40,308 nt of DNA from Pseudobacteriovorax sp. (GCA_050293845.1 JBNKNM010000029.1:1-40308); one strand, 5' to 3'. Positions 1-8,579 are shown, numbered from the stretch's first letter. Numbers and translations: made by a program. The notes: generated by a model from the sequence alone, not told the origin.

Positions 1-276
1 TGGCAAGGCTTATAATTTTTTAGGATCTTAAAGACTTCAATCTTAAGATTTTGATTAGGAACTTTTTTATAGTCATAGAAAAAGTCACGAAAATTAAAAG
101 ACAAGAGGTCTGTTCTGCGACTTTCCTGACTTTTTGTTAAGATATAGCAAAGGTTTGTTTTTTTAATCCTTAATACCGATTTATATGCATCTTGCGTATT
201 AGGTAAAATTTGAGCGATCAAGATGCTAGTTTTTAAGCACAGCAAAATTATAATAAACCTCATGCGCACCCTCATG

Positions 277-1248
277 CTAATTAATGGACTTTAAAAGTGA
301 ATCTATTTTATTTAATTCTTCATGGACTGGAAATTCCTTAAAGCTCTGAATTGTTACTCTTAAATGATGCAAGAATGTTCTATAAGCCTGGCTGGTGGTA
401 GCAAAAGGTCGATGCTGTATACTTTTATTCACCTTATCCCAACGCAGTATCAATTCTAATGTCTGAGGAGAAAACCACTGTGATTTAAACTTCTCCCAAA
501 TATAGTCGACGGCAAAATCTGTAGGATGAATTAAATCTCTCTGATAAAATCGATAATCACGTAGATCATCCATCATTATCTCAAAAGCGGGAAAATATGT
601 CACATGAGGGAAGTCTTCCGACAAGTGATGAGCCGCTAAATGCAATATAGACTTACTGACTTGGTTCAATCGTAAGGTATCGCGGATATGTCTAACAGGA
701 CTCACCGTAATGATGATATACTTATCCTGTAAGGTCTCTCTAAAAATTTTACTATAACTCTGGTATATATCATCCACTGTAATTAACTTTTTATGGAATA
801 ATCGTGGATCTTGTTTATGACATGAGGCTACTAGTGTGTCGTTAGACTTCAAGTAATATCCCCATGCAGTCCCCCAGGTAAGTATAATCCAGCGCGCGTT
901 CTGTAGAGCAACTTCTAATTGTGAAAATGCGTTCTGAAGATTTTTTATATAATCTTCGGTAGAATTTCCTTGAATATCCGAATGAGTTAAATAGTTACTT
1001 ATAACTTGTTCATTAGCAACAAGAAATTCTTCTCGTGAAGCTTTCTCTATGAATCCTTGTTCCAGAGAAACAGTAATAGACATAGGGTTAAAGAGTATAC
1101 CCAGGGGATTGCTTAGCACATTGAATTTTGATTGTGTAAGTTTTTTACCTACTTCGTTAGCAAAGCAAGACCCTATTGTCAGAATATGATCTTGATGATT
1201 GATGCAATACGGAGATTTATCCGGTGCAATATTAGTCCTAAATTTCAT
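277..1248 (-). CDS. GSCFA domain-containing protein (SGNH hydrolase-like family)
   Basis: Diagnostic TIGSCFA motif plus NPLGILFNP, ILTWGTAW, ITVSPVRH and YFPAFEIMMDDLRDYRFY..D..HP blocks. Start moved to MKFRT (1248), the typical family N-terminus; overlaps the upstream gene stop by 11 nt. Confidence 0.9.
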   Translation of the reverse strand: MKFRTNIAPDKSPYCINHQDHILTIGSCFANEVGKKLTQSKFNVLSNPLGILFNPMSITVSLEQGFIEKASREEFLVANEQVISNYLTHSDIQGNSTEDYIKNLQNAFSQLEVALQNARWIILTWGTAWGYYLKSNDTLVASCHKQDPRLFHKKLITVDDIYQSYSKIFRETLQDKYIIITVSPVRHIRDTLRLNQVSKSILHLAAHHLSEDFPHVTYFPAFEIMMDDLRDYRFYQRDLIHPTDFAVDYIWEKFKSQWFSPQTLELILRWDKVNKSIQHRPFATTSQAYRTFLHHLRVTIQSFKEFPVHEELNKIDSLLKSIN

Positions 1249-2371
1249 GAATCTGGATATCCTTGACAACTTGAAGTATATCGTCGCAAATACCCTGACT
1301 CAAATTCAAGCTACGTTGACGATATTGGCATAAACAAGCTTTGGCAAATTCTCGGGCACGACTTCTCCAAAGCCATCGGGTAGCCGCCGCCCAGATTAGT
1401 AGTTCTTGTTCTTCTGATTCATAGCGGGTCACATCTTTCAAAATAGTACCTAGCTTCTCTAACCTTTGGATAAACGGCCTTTCAAAATCATAACATTCTT
1501 GTAGAACTCCTATCGCCTTAAAATACATATCATGCGCATTGAACTCAAGGTTTTTCCTTCTGCGTAAAGAATATACTGGGACGAGATCTGCGATCCACCT
1601 TCTGGTTTTTACCGACAAAGCCCAGCCATAGAAAACTAGGATATTCTGCCAATAATAGCAATCCCCGCCCTTAGAACAAAGTCTTTTCATAAAACTAATA
1701 TCCTGAAACTTGATAGCTTCTATGATACTCTTACACCAGGTTAATTCAGAACGCTGATGTCTTACCCCTTCACGATTAATTGCAGTTTCTGCATCACTAA
1801 GTTGGTTGGTTAGGTAGTAACAACGAATCCTTTGTATCTCAAAGTAGTCCCTATACTGATCTGGCAATCCTAATTTTAGGCTAATCGTGTAATACTTACT
1901 TGCTAGTTCACCTTGAAACAGTCGCATACTGCGTACTCCAAGTGCTAAATATTGTTCCCCATCTTCTACTTGAGGAAGGCAGTAAGTTTCCAGTAACGAA
2001 GACCAATATGACCCCCAATGATCATGAGCATTATTCTCAATCTTACTACGCATATGAAATAGCTCAGCATATTTGAAACTCATTGAATTTTTTTTCGAAT
2101 AGGCACCAATAAGCTTAATCAGCGTCGATGCCATATCAAAACACGTTTGCACCTCTTTTTCAGATAGCAAATTGAAATGCTCGTGGAGGAATAGCAACTC
2201 CATAAGGTAATTGTATTTCTCTATTTGCTGGTCACGGGTTTCAATACTGATTTTTGAATGAAGAGAATTTTTTATAAATTCAATGCGATCACTTGCGACT
2301 GTTGCATTCTCTGGAACATTTTCGTGTTGATATAGATTAGGAAGGGAAAAAACTGACTTGTTTTGTTTCAT
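1238..2371 (-). CDS. Hypothetical alpha-helical (TPR-like) protein, 377 aa
   Basis: Long ORF with strong SD (TAGGAGG) upstream of ATG; helical-repeat-like pattern (YLALGVRSMRL..GELA..YY); no catalytic motif recognised. Confidence 0.75.
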   Translation of the reverse strand: MKQNKSVFSLPNLYQHENVPENATVASDRIEFIKNSLHSKISIETRDQQIEKYNYLMELLFLHEHFNLLSEKEVQTCFDMASTLIKLIGAYSKKNSMSFKYAELFHMRSKIENNAHDHWGSYWSSLLETYCLPQVEDGEQYLALGVRSMRLFQGELASKYYTISLKLGLPDQYRDYFEIQRIRCYYLTNQLSDAETAINREGVRHQRSELTWCKSIIEAIKFQDISFMKRLCSKGGDCYYWQNILVFYGWALSVKTRRWIADLVPVYSLRRRKNLEFNAHDMYFKAIGVLQECYDFERPFIQRLEKLGTILKDVTRYESEEQELLIWAAATRWLWRSRAREFAKACLCQYRQRSLNLSQGICDDILQVVKDIQIHEI

Positions 2372-2418
2372 ATCACCATCCTCCTAAGGTCCCCTTTTAG
2401 GAAGGATGGTGATATGAA
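2367..2418. promoter_or_regulatory. Long inverted repeat/hairpin covering the SD and start codon of the 1238-2371 gene
   Basis: TTCATATCACCATCCT (2367-2382) is the exact reverse complement of AGGATGGTGATATGAA (2403-2418); the stem extends by CCTAA/TTAGG (2383-2387/2397-2401) after a 1-nt bulge. Confidence 0.85.
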
Positions 2419-2539
2419 TACCACAGGCAAAGTATTTGTTTTCCTCTACCGAACACTTGCCCTGGTCCCACCCTACCTACTTCAAGTTCAATGCCAAAGT
2501 TTTGCTGATTTTTCAATGTACTTTAACACAGCGATATAA
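2414..2539 (+). CDS. Possible 41-aa small hydrophobic peptide (MNTTGKVFVFLYRTLALVPPYLLQVQCQSFADFSMYFNTAI)
   Basis: ATG 2414 to TAA 2539 is open and preceded by AGGAAGG at SD distance. Both SD and ATG are the mirror arm of the hairpin, so it may be a by-product. Confidence 0.25.
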   Translation: MNTTGKVFVFLYRTLALVPPYLLQVQCQSFADFSMYFNTAI

Positions 2540-2845
2540 AATGTTTTTTTGTACATTTACCAATTTTATTTATTCGTCAACTTTTTGACAATTCCCCCTC
2601 ATTTATAAAAGCCATATTTTTAATTCCTTAATATTATTGAAGAATTCTGACAAATTTTCCTTGACAGTGCCTGGGAGCCTCATCACAAAAACTGAATTTT
2701 CTGATCTATATGATATCATAAACTAATTTTTTGGACTCAATAGTAAAATCAAAAACCCTCATGCAGCAGATCATACTTTTGCTCTAAATTAATTTCATTT
2801 TTTTATGGTTAACTCGCGGTAATCACATCATTAAATAAATCCAAT

Positions 2846-2872
2846 TCAAATTCCACTCGATTTCGCCGAGGC
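2846..2872 (+). promoter_or_regulatory. Candidate sigma28/FliA-type promoter for the 2934 gene
   Basis: TCAA-N15-GCCGAGGC versus consensus TAAA-N15-GCCGATAA, about 60 nt upstream of the ATG. Confidence 0.35.
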
Positions 2873-2933
2873 CAGGTCTAACATTGTTTTCCTCTTACCG
2901 AACCCCAAGTTTTCTTTCTTATGGGGGTAATAA

Positions 2934-3992
2934 ATGAAGAATTCTGATAGTCAAGTTAATGCCAATGAACGTGAGTTATTTTTTTCTATATTTCGTAAAA
3001 ACATCAAAAACAGGGTTAATTGTGATAATGAATGGAAAATAGCAGTACGCAATGAATGGCAATTTTATGATCTTACAAAAAAAGTTTGGGACAAGCCCTT
3101 TGCCAGTGAACTGGAGAAACATATTGCCATCCAAGCTTCTTCACTACTAATCGGTGAAATTGATTACCTAACTAGATGGCCTATCAAGCCATGGAGGGAT
3201 GCAACAAATGTTGATTACAGTATAAAGAGTAATCGTTTTCCGCCACACCATCAGGCTAAATTCTGGCTTACCAATCTAGGGCAAATGATTAAAATCATTT
3301 CTCCCATTTTACAAAACATTTTTATTGAAAGATTTTCTGTACAAATGATGTGCAAAGCGTTCCATCTCACTAAAGCTAAGCTGATCGATCACTGCCAACC
3401 TATAAGTTATGATCACCCTCTCATAAAGAACAGCCTATTTAAAAAACAATTAGCTTTTTTGAAGGAAAAAAATTATTCATTTGTTTCATTTGAGGGATTG
3501 GAAGAAAAAATTTGCTTTGACTTTCAAAATAAAACTTTTTATCTGGACAGCCACTTTTTTCTTTCACAACCGATCAGCTTTTTCTTCCACCGCCTAAGCT
3601 TAATGATTCGTGCGAAGGAGCAACAAGAGTTTATTTTTCTTCATCTAGATCCTATGAACGAGACTTTTCCCATACTCCAAAGTATTGCCTCTGCTGTTAG
3701 TTGTGATTCTACAAACGAGCTTACAAAACTATTATCTGATTTTGAAAAAGATAGACTAAAACAGCTCGGTATTACGCAAATTAAAGTTCAAGAAATTTGT
3801 CGCCTTTGGACTGAGGTTTGGGATGAACTTTATAAGGAGCAACTAGCTGATTCACTCGATCTCGTAGGACTTATTGAGTCTTACCTAAATTTAGATCTTT
3901 TTGACGAGGAAAATCTTTTGCCATTGAATTTAATCCACAAAAATCGACGCGTACGACTGCTCCTGAACTTTGCAACAGTTCTTAAGTTTTAA
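2934..3992 (+). CDS. Hypothetical protein, 352 aa
   Basis: Long ORF with GGGGG SD before ATG; no recognisable motif. Confidence 0.75.
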   Translation: MKNSDSQVNANERELFFSIFRKNIKNRVNCDNEWKIAVRNEWQFYDLTKKVWDKPFASELEKHIAIQASSLLIGEIDYLTRWPIKPWRDATNVDYSIKSNRFPPHHQAKFWLTNLGQMIKIISPILQNIFIERFSVQMMCKAFHLTKAKLIDHCQPISYDHPLIKNSLFKKQLAFLKEKNYSFVSFEGLEEKICFDFQNKTFYLDSHFFLSQPISFFFHRLSLMIRAKEQQEFIFLHLDPMNETFPILQSIASAVSCDSTNELTKLLSDFEKDRLKQLGITQIKVQEICRLWTEVWDELYKEQLADSLDLVGLIESYLNLDLFDEENLLPLNLIHKNRRVRLLLNFATVLKF

Positions 3993-3997
3993 TCATA

Positions 3998-4008
3998 GGG
4001 GGGGGGGG
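3998..4008 (+). repeat. G11 homopolymer at the RBS position of the downstream small gene
   Basis: TA-GGGGGGGGGGG-ATTATT-ATG between stop 3992 and ATG 4015. Confidence 0.9.
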
Positions 4009-4014
4009 ATTATT

Positions 4015-4215
4015 ATGAATAATAGTGAGATCAAAATTCTTAGGGAACAATTTCATATCGCTATTAGAGATCATGAAACAGCGGTACAGGAATTTTTAAC
4101 ATCAAGAACCGTACAAAGTAGTGCTCGCATGTCCGCAACATATGAGCACGCTGATATTTTACGAGAGCAACTACGCCGTCTGCGAATAGAACATAAAAAG
4201 CAGCAAGAGCTTTAA
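4015..4215 (+). CDS. Small coiled-coil/helical-hairpin hypothetical protein, 66 aa
   Basis: ATG at 4015 follows the poly-G SD; charged amphipathic helices (ILREQFH...ILREQLRRLRIEHKKQQEL). Confidence 0.65.
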   Translation: MNNSEIKILREQFHIAIRDHETAVQEFLTSRTVQSSARMSATYEHADILREQLRRLRIEHKKQQEL

Positions 4216-4226
4216 AAACATAGTGC

Positions 4227-4604
4227 TTACTGACGATATGCGACAACACTATATGCTAAAGATATCCAGCCAGCGATAAAGCATAATCCCCCAATGGGGG
4301 TTATGGCTCCTAGCCAACGTATACCGGATATCGCCAGTATATAAAGGCTCCCTGAGAAAAAAATAATTCCCACAGAAAACAAAATTCCAGCTAGTTTAAC
4401 AGGAAACACTCCCATGCGACTAGAAACAAACCCCACGGCTAATAAGGCTAAACCGTGGTACATCTGATACTTAACCGCCGTATCAAAAATACCCATAGCA
4501 TATTCTGAAAGGGAGTCTTTTAAGGCGTGAGCACCAAAAGCCCCGAAGCCCACACCTAAACCACAGAATACGCTTCCCCACAATATGAAATTCAACCAGG
4601 ACAT
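4227..4604 (-). CDS. DUF423 family membrane protein (YgdD/TMEM256-like)
   Basis: GAFGAHALK, TAVKYQMYH, FSGSLY and GAITPIGG signature motifs. Confidence 0.95.
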   Translation of the reverse strand: MSWLNFILWGSVFCGLGVGFGAFGAHALKDSLSEYAMGIFDTAVKYQMYHGLALLAVGFVSSRMGVFPVKLAGILFSVGIIFFSGSLYILAISGIRWLGAITPIGGLCFIAGWISLAYSVVAYRQ

Positions 4605-4619
4605 GGGAGGAAAGCTCCT

Positions 4620-5657
4620 TTAGCCGTAGATTTTTGCCATTTCTTCGAGAGTCACCTGACGAATATTGCGAGCCTGTCCGGCTTGCCCGAACTGCTCCAT
4701 GCGTTGCCTACAAACCTGTTTCATAGCTGTCCGTGCTGGTTTTAAATAATAGCGGGGATCAAACTCCTCAGGCCGTTCTGCAAAAGCTTTTCTGATCGCA
4801 CCAGTTATAGCTAGACGGTTGTCAGTATCAACATTTATTTTTCTCACACCATGGCGTATACCTTCTTGGATTTCTTCCACAGGCACACCCCAGGTTTGCT
4901 TGATATTTCCACCATACTTGTTGACAATATCCTGCAACTCTTGGGGAACTGATGAAGAGCCGTGCATCACAAGATGAGTATTGGGTAATCGCTTGTGGAT
5001 GTCCCGAACACGATCCATAGCCAAAATAGCGCCGTCTGGTTTGCGTGTGAATTTATAAGCGCCATGGCTTGTTCCCAGGGCGATAGCTAGGGCATCTACT
5101 TTTGTTAGCTCAACAAATTTTTCTGCCTCATCGGGGTCGGTGAGCAGCATATCCTTACTCAGCTCACCCTCGAATCCATGGCCATCTTCCTTTTCACCTT
5201 TTCCTGTTTCCAAGGACCCTAGGCAACCTAGTTCCCCCTCTACAGAAACACCAAAAGAATGAGCTACATCGACGACCTTACGGGTCACGCTTACATTATA
5301 ATCAAAATCCGCTGGGCTACTGCCGTCTTCGCGTAAAGATCCGTCCATCATCACCGAAGTAAAATTATTGCGAATAGCAGAAAAGCAGGTCGCAGGACTG
5401 TTGCCATGATCTTGATGCATAACGATAGGGATTTCAGGGTAGAGTTCAGCAGCAGCTTTCATAAGGCCTACCAAATAGCGATCTTGGGAATAGGACCTTG
5501 CCCCCCGGGACGCTTGGATAATCACGGGGCTATCAGTCTCTTTCGCCGCCTCCATAATGGCCTGTATTTGTTCCATATTGTTGACATTAAAGGCCGCAAC
5601 GCCATAGTTGTTTTCTGCCGCATGATCGAGCAGTGTTCGCAGGGGAATCAGAGCCAT
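4620..5657 (-). CDS. fba: Class II fructose-bisphosphate aldolase
   Basis: [55 protein letters not shown] motifs. Confidence 0.97.
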   Translation of the reverse strand: MALIPLRTLLDHAAENNYGVAAFNVNNMEQIQAIMEAAKETDSPVIIQASRGARSYSQDRYLVGLMKAAAELYPEIPIVMHQDHGNSPATCFSAIRNNFTSVMMDGSLREDGSSPADFDYNVSVTRKVVDVAHSFGVSVEGELGCLGSLETGKGEKEDGHGFEGELSKDMLLTDPDEAEKFVELTKVDALAIALGTSHGAYKFTRKPDGAILAMDRVRDIHKRLPNTHLVMHGSSSVPQELQDIVNKYGGNIKQTWGVPVEEIQEGIRHGVRKINVDTDNRLAITGAIRKAFAERPEEFDPRYYLKPARTAMKQVCRQRMEQFGQAGQARNIRQVTLEEMAKIYG

Positions 5658-5751
5658 ATTATACTCCCAAATTTAAAAATTTCTGCACAAGTCATGTCTA
5701 TACCGCGACTGAGGCAAAAAGACAAGAATATGGGAGTTTAGGGGGAAAGGC

Positions 5752-5777
5752 AAAAGCACCAACGGTAACGTGGTGCT
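5752..5777 (-). terminator. Intrinsic terminator downstream of the pilin gene
   Basis: Minus strand AGCACC-ACG-TTAC-CGT-T-GGTGCT stem followed by TTT GCCTTT, 28 nt after the stop. Confidence 0.65.
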
Positions 5778-5804
5778 AGAATGGAAGCTTCCTACATTTG
5801 GGGA

Positions 5805-6332
5805 CTAAAAGCAGGCGCTTAATGCAGAAGCACCACCAACCGCACTATCACTAAATAGCTTGTCCTGGTCCATACTAAATCCATGGGCTTGGGTTCCTGG
5901 ACATACTAAATTATTCTCATTGGTTCCCGAACTTGCTAAAGCTGTGAAGTTGGAGCGCGCGGTAGCCGCTGCAACAGTAACTTCGTATCCATAACGCGGC
6001 ACGGGAGCATTAGCATTGGTACAGGGGGTTACTTCAAAACCAATTTCTTGAGCGTTAGCGGGAACTGCATTACAATTTACCGTGCCATCATCTAGGCGAC
6101 CATAGCGAGCAAAGCCAAGATATATATTATTATCCAGCTGGTAAGATTGCTCTAAAGTATAAAGATGGGTCAAGGTGTTTTTTGCTTCTCCCATTTTAGC
6201 TTTGGCTTGAAATTGTCGGAAGCGTGGCATAGCTAGGGTAGCAAGTATGCCGATAATCCCAACAACGATCATCAGCTCGACTAAGCTGAAGCCATTCTGA
6301 TTTTGCAGTTTAAATTGCTTTGGTAAACGCAT
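5805..6332 (-). CDS. pilA: Type IVa pilin (PilA-like)
   Basis: Prepilin cleavage/N-methylation motif NG|FSLVELM, hydrophobic helix, then FQAKAKMGEAK..L..LYTLE; four Cys in the globular domain; own promoter and terminator. Confidence 0.88.
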   Translation of the reverse strand: MRLPKQFKLQNQNGFSLVELMIVVGIIGILATLAMPRFRQFQAKAKMGEAKNTLTHLYTLEQSYQLDNNIYLGFARYGRLDDGTVNCNAVPANAQEIGFEVTPCTNANAPVPRYGYEVTVAAATARSNFTALASSGTNENNLVCPGTQAHGFSMDQDKLFSDSAVGGASALSACF

Positions 6333-6389
6333 TAGACACCCCTTTTGTTAGGTCTGTATTTTAGAAAATTGCTCGACAGAGTAATTTCC

Positions 6390-6417
6390 GTTTCGGGACT
6401 AGAAATCAGAGGCTTTA
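6390..6417 (-). promoter_or_regulatory. Candidate sigma28/FliA-type promoter of the pilin gene
   Basis: Minus strand TAAAGCC... TAAA-N16-CCCGAAAC, 58 nt upstream of the ATG. Confidence 0.5.
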
Positions 6418-6444
6418 AATAAAAATTATTTTTTCTGCTGCGGC

Positions 6445-6462
6445 ATTATAACTAGTTATAAT
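6445..6462. promoter_or_regulatory. Perfect 18-bp palindrome (candidate operator) upstream of the pilin
   Basis: ATTATAACTAGTTATAAT equals its own reverse complement. Confidence 0.55.
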
Positions 6463-6603
6463 CCATCGCATTTTTGTAAAATTTTTTTCATAATAAAGTC
6501 CGGAAATTACCCATTAAAGACCTTCATGGGGGCAGCTTTTAAATATGCAGGCAGGCAGCCAAATTCTGGCAGCCTCAATAACTAACTACTTGATTTTTAT
6601 CGA

Positions 6604-8577
6604 TTAGCTAAGTTCCTCGATTTCAGAGGAAAAGCCTGAAGATATTATGGGAAAACGACACCAGGTTTTGGGATCTAGGCTTTCATCGTCTAGGTGAAAA
6701 CTGGGTGCATAGCGTTCCCGCTTCCATTGGTTGATAGCCCAAAGGCGCAAAAATTTTCGCAAATAAGATTTTAAGGTATTTTGCTCGATTTCCGGATAAC
6801 GATTCTCTAACTTCATGAGAATAGATAGCGGCGCCATGCGATCACGAATCAGCCACTTCTCGATGCTATTCAGAATATCATAAGGCATGAGGTCTAGTTC
6901 GTCCTGTTGAGCAGCACCAGAAGGTCGTAGCTCAGCTGTAGGTTGCTGTTTATTGATCAACTTTAGACTAGCTAAGGGCCCTAGGCCATGATGACAAGAT
7001 GTCTCGGCCCATTTTAACCACCTTCGTAAAAAAGACTTATCAATCCCAGCCAGAGGAGCAATACCTCCAGAGGTATCGCCATCCATAGTTGCATAACCTA
7101 CAGCAGCCTCAGAACGATTGCTGGTAGAAACAAGCAGCCCTTGTTTAAGATTGGCCAGCATCCACACCAGTGGTGACCGCGATCGCGCTTGAATGTTCTG
7201 TAAGGTGAGATCATCTTGCTGCCAGTCGAGTTCCCGCTCCATAATACTACCGGCAAAGTCAGTATACATATCAACGACACCTTGAATATTCACTTCATAA
7301 AACGAAGCTCCCAGCTCCTCCGCCACCGATTTGGCTGCTTTCCTGGTAGTTTCACCGCTATTATCTGTTGCTTGATAGACCAGAAACAGCATTTCCTTGA
7401 TCCAGCTGCGCGGGTCCTGAACGTCCCCCTGTGGATGCACGCCAAAGATCTCCGACATTTTTTCAGGACCATTGTAGGCGAGAGTCTCGGTTATCATATG
7501 AGCTATCAGTACCGCAACGGTTCCCGAATCACAGCCTCCGCTCAAGGAAACAATATAGGATTTAGATCCTGTCTTCCGCAAATAGTCATACAAGGCAAGC
7601 ATTTCAGCCCAGTAAAACTCCTCCTCTTCTGTTAAATGCGTCTTTAACGTACTTCTATACTGAGCTTCGATGGACTTGGAGCGACCGGGGCTGGGAATTT
7701 TTTGGCCTTGAACCACCAAGTGCTCAATATTTGCCTGAAAATTCTGCGTGAGGGATCTGTTACGCAGCTTCGCAACACGCACCTCATCAAGATCGAGATC
7801 TTGGATTACCAGCTGCCCATCACCAAAGCCAAAGCGTGGTCCATAGCCAACAATCTGACCGCTTTGTCCAAACATGGGTCCGCCATCATATATTAATCGG
7901 CCATTTTCCAACCCCACCAAATTCGTATAGACATAATGAACCTGCATGGCACGGCTGGCATTTCTTACCAGGGTTTCACGAACATCGATCTTACCTAAAG
8001 CAAAGTGGGAAGCGCTGCAGTTGACAATCAGTTCGACCCCGGCTTGCGCATGGGCACTTGCCGCTCCGTTCGCCCCCCAAGCCTCCTCACAGATCTCTAG
8101 GCCGATGGATAACCTACCAAATTCAAAGCGCAAGTCGCCGAATGGTATATAATCTCCATCGACAATCACCTGGCTCACTTCACCAAATTGCCAGGCCTCA
8201 AACCAACGGGACTCATAATGGACCCCTTCGCGAGGAAGGATCTTTTTCGGAACAAAGCCGATAATTTTTTTATTCTGCACCACCGCGACACAGTTATACA
8301 TGCTGCCCTTGGCATAAATAGGCAGTCCTATGAAACAAACTAGGTTATCCGTATGGAGGACAAGCTCTTGCAAGACAGCAACTGCTTTTCTGGCAACATG
8401 AAGGCTAAAGAACATGTCTTCACAGTTATAGCCGGTTATGGCAAGCTCCGGAAAGCATAGGACACCCACCGATTGATCTTGGGCTCGCTTGATAATGCTT
8501 AGCATTCTTTTTTTATTGCCGTGCCAATCAAGTGGTATCTGATTGAGGGTAGCAGCTCCCACACGCACTATGTCCAT
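6604..8577 (-). CDS. nadE: Glutamine-dependent NAD+ synthetase
   Basis: N-terminal nitrilase domain (FPELAITGY, K, EICEE) fused to a synthetase domain (SLSGGCDSG, QNIQARSR, TSNRSE, GYATMDGD, PTAELRP). Confidence 0.96.
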   Translation of the reverse strand: MDIVRVGAATLNQIPLDWHGNKKRMLSIIKRAQDQSVGVLCFPELAITGYNCEDMFFSLHVARKAVAVLQELVLHTDNLVCFIGLPIYAKGSMYNCVAVVQNKKIIGFVPKKILPREGVHYESRWFEAWQFGEVSQVIVDGDYIPFGDLRFEFGRLSIGLEICEEAWGANGAASAHAQAGVELIVNCSASHFALGKIDVRETLVRNASRAMQVHYVYTNLVGLENGRLIYDGGPMFGQSGQIVGYGPRFGFGDGQLVIQDLDLDEVRVAKLRNRSLTQNFQANIEHLVVQGQKIPSPGRSKSIEAQYRSTLKTHLTEEEEFYWAEMLALYDYLRKTGSKSYIVSLSGGCDSGTVAVLIAHMITETLAYNGPEKMSEIFGVHPQGDVQDPRSWIKEMLFLVYQATDNSGETTRKAAKSVAEELGASFYEVNIQGVVDMYTDFAGSIMERELDWQQDDLTLQNIQARSRSPLVWMLANLKQGLLVSTSNRSEAAVGYATMDGDTSGGIAPLAGIDKSFLRRWLKWAETSCHHGLGPLASLKLINKQQPTAELRPSGAAQQDELDLMPYDILNSIEKWLIRDRMAPLSILMKLENRYPEIEQNTLKSYLRKFLRLWAINQWKRERYAPSFHLDDESLDPKTWCRFPIISSGFSSEIEELS

Positions 8578-8579
8578 AA

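Noticed and set aside
1..76. Possible minus-strand gene start at ATG 76 running off the left edge
   Set aside because: The frame hits TAA after 18 codons; no support for a CDS.
2420..2470. CAGGGCAA/CAGGCAAA resembling the start of a c-di-GMP-I riboswitch
   Set aside because: The GNRA-capped P2 and GACGCAAAG junction are absent; kept only as an unclassified structured leader.
268..2764. 10-bp direct repeat ACCCTCATGC (268-277 and 2755-2764) bracketing the GSCFA/TPR-like pair as possible att sites
   Set aside because: A few 10-mer matches are expected by chance in 3 kb, and there is no integrase or tRNA nearby.
3970..4014. N-terminal extension of the small gene through the G11 tract (frameshift-type phase variation)
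   Set aside because: The TTG at 3970 lies inside the upstream gene without an SD; ATG 4015 is the better start, so the tract is not coding.
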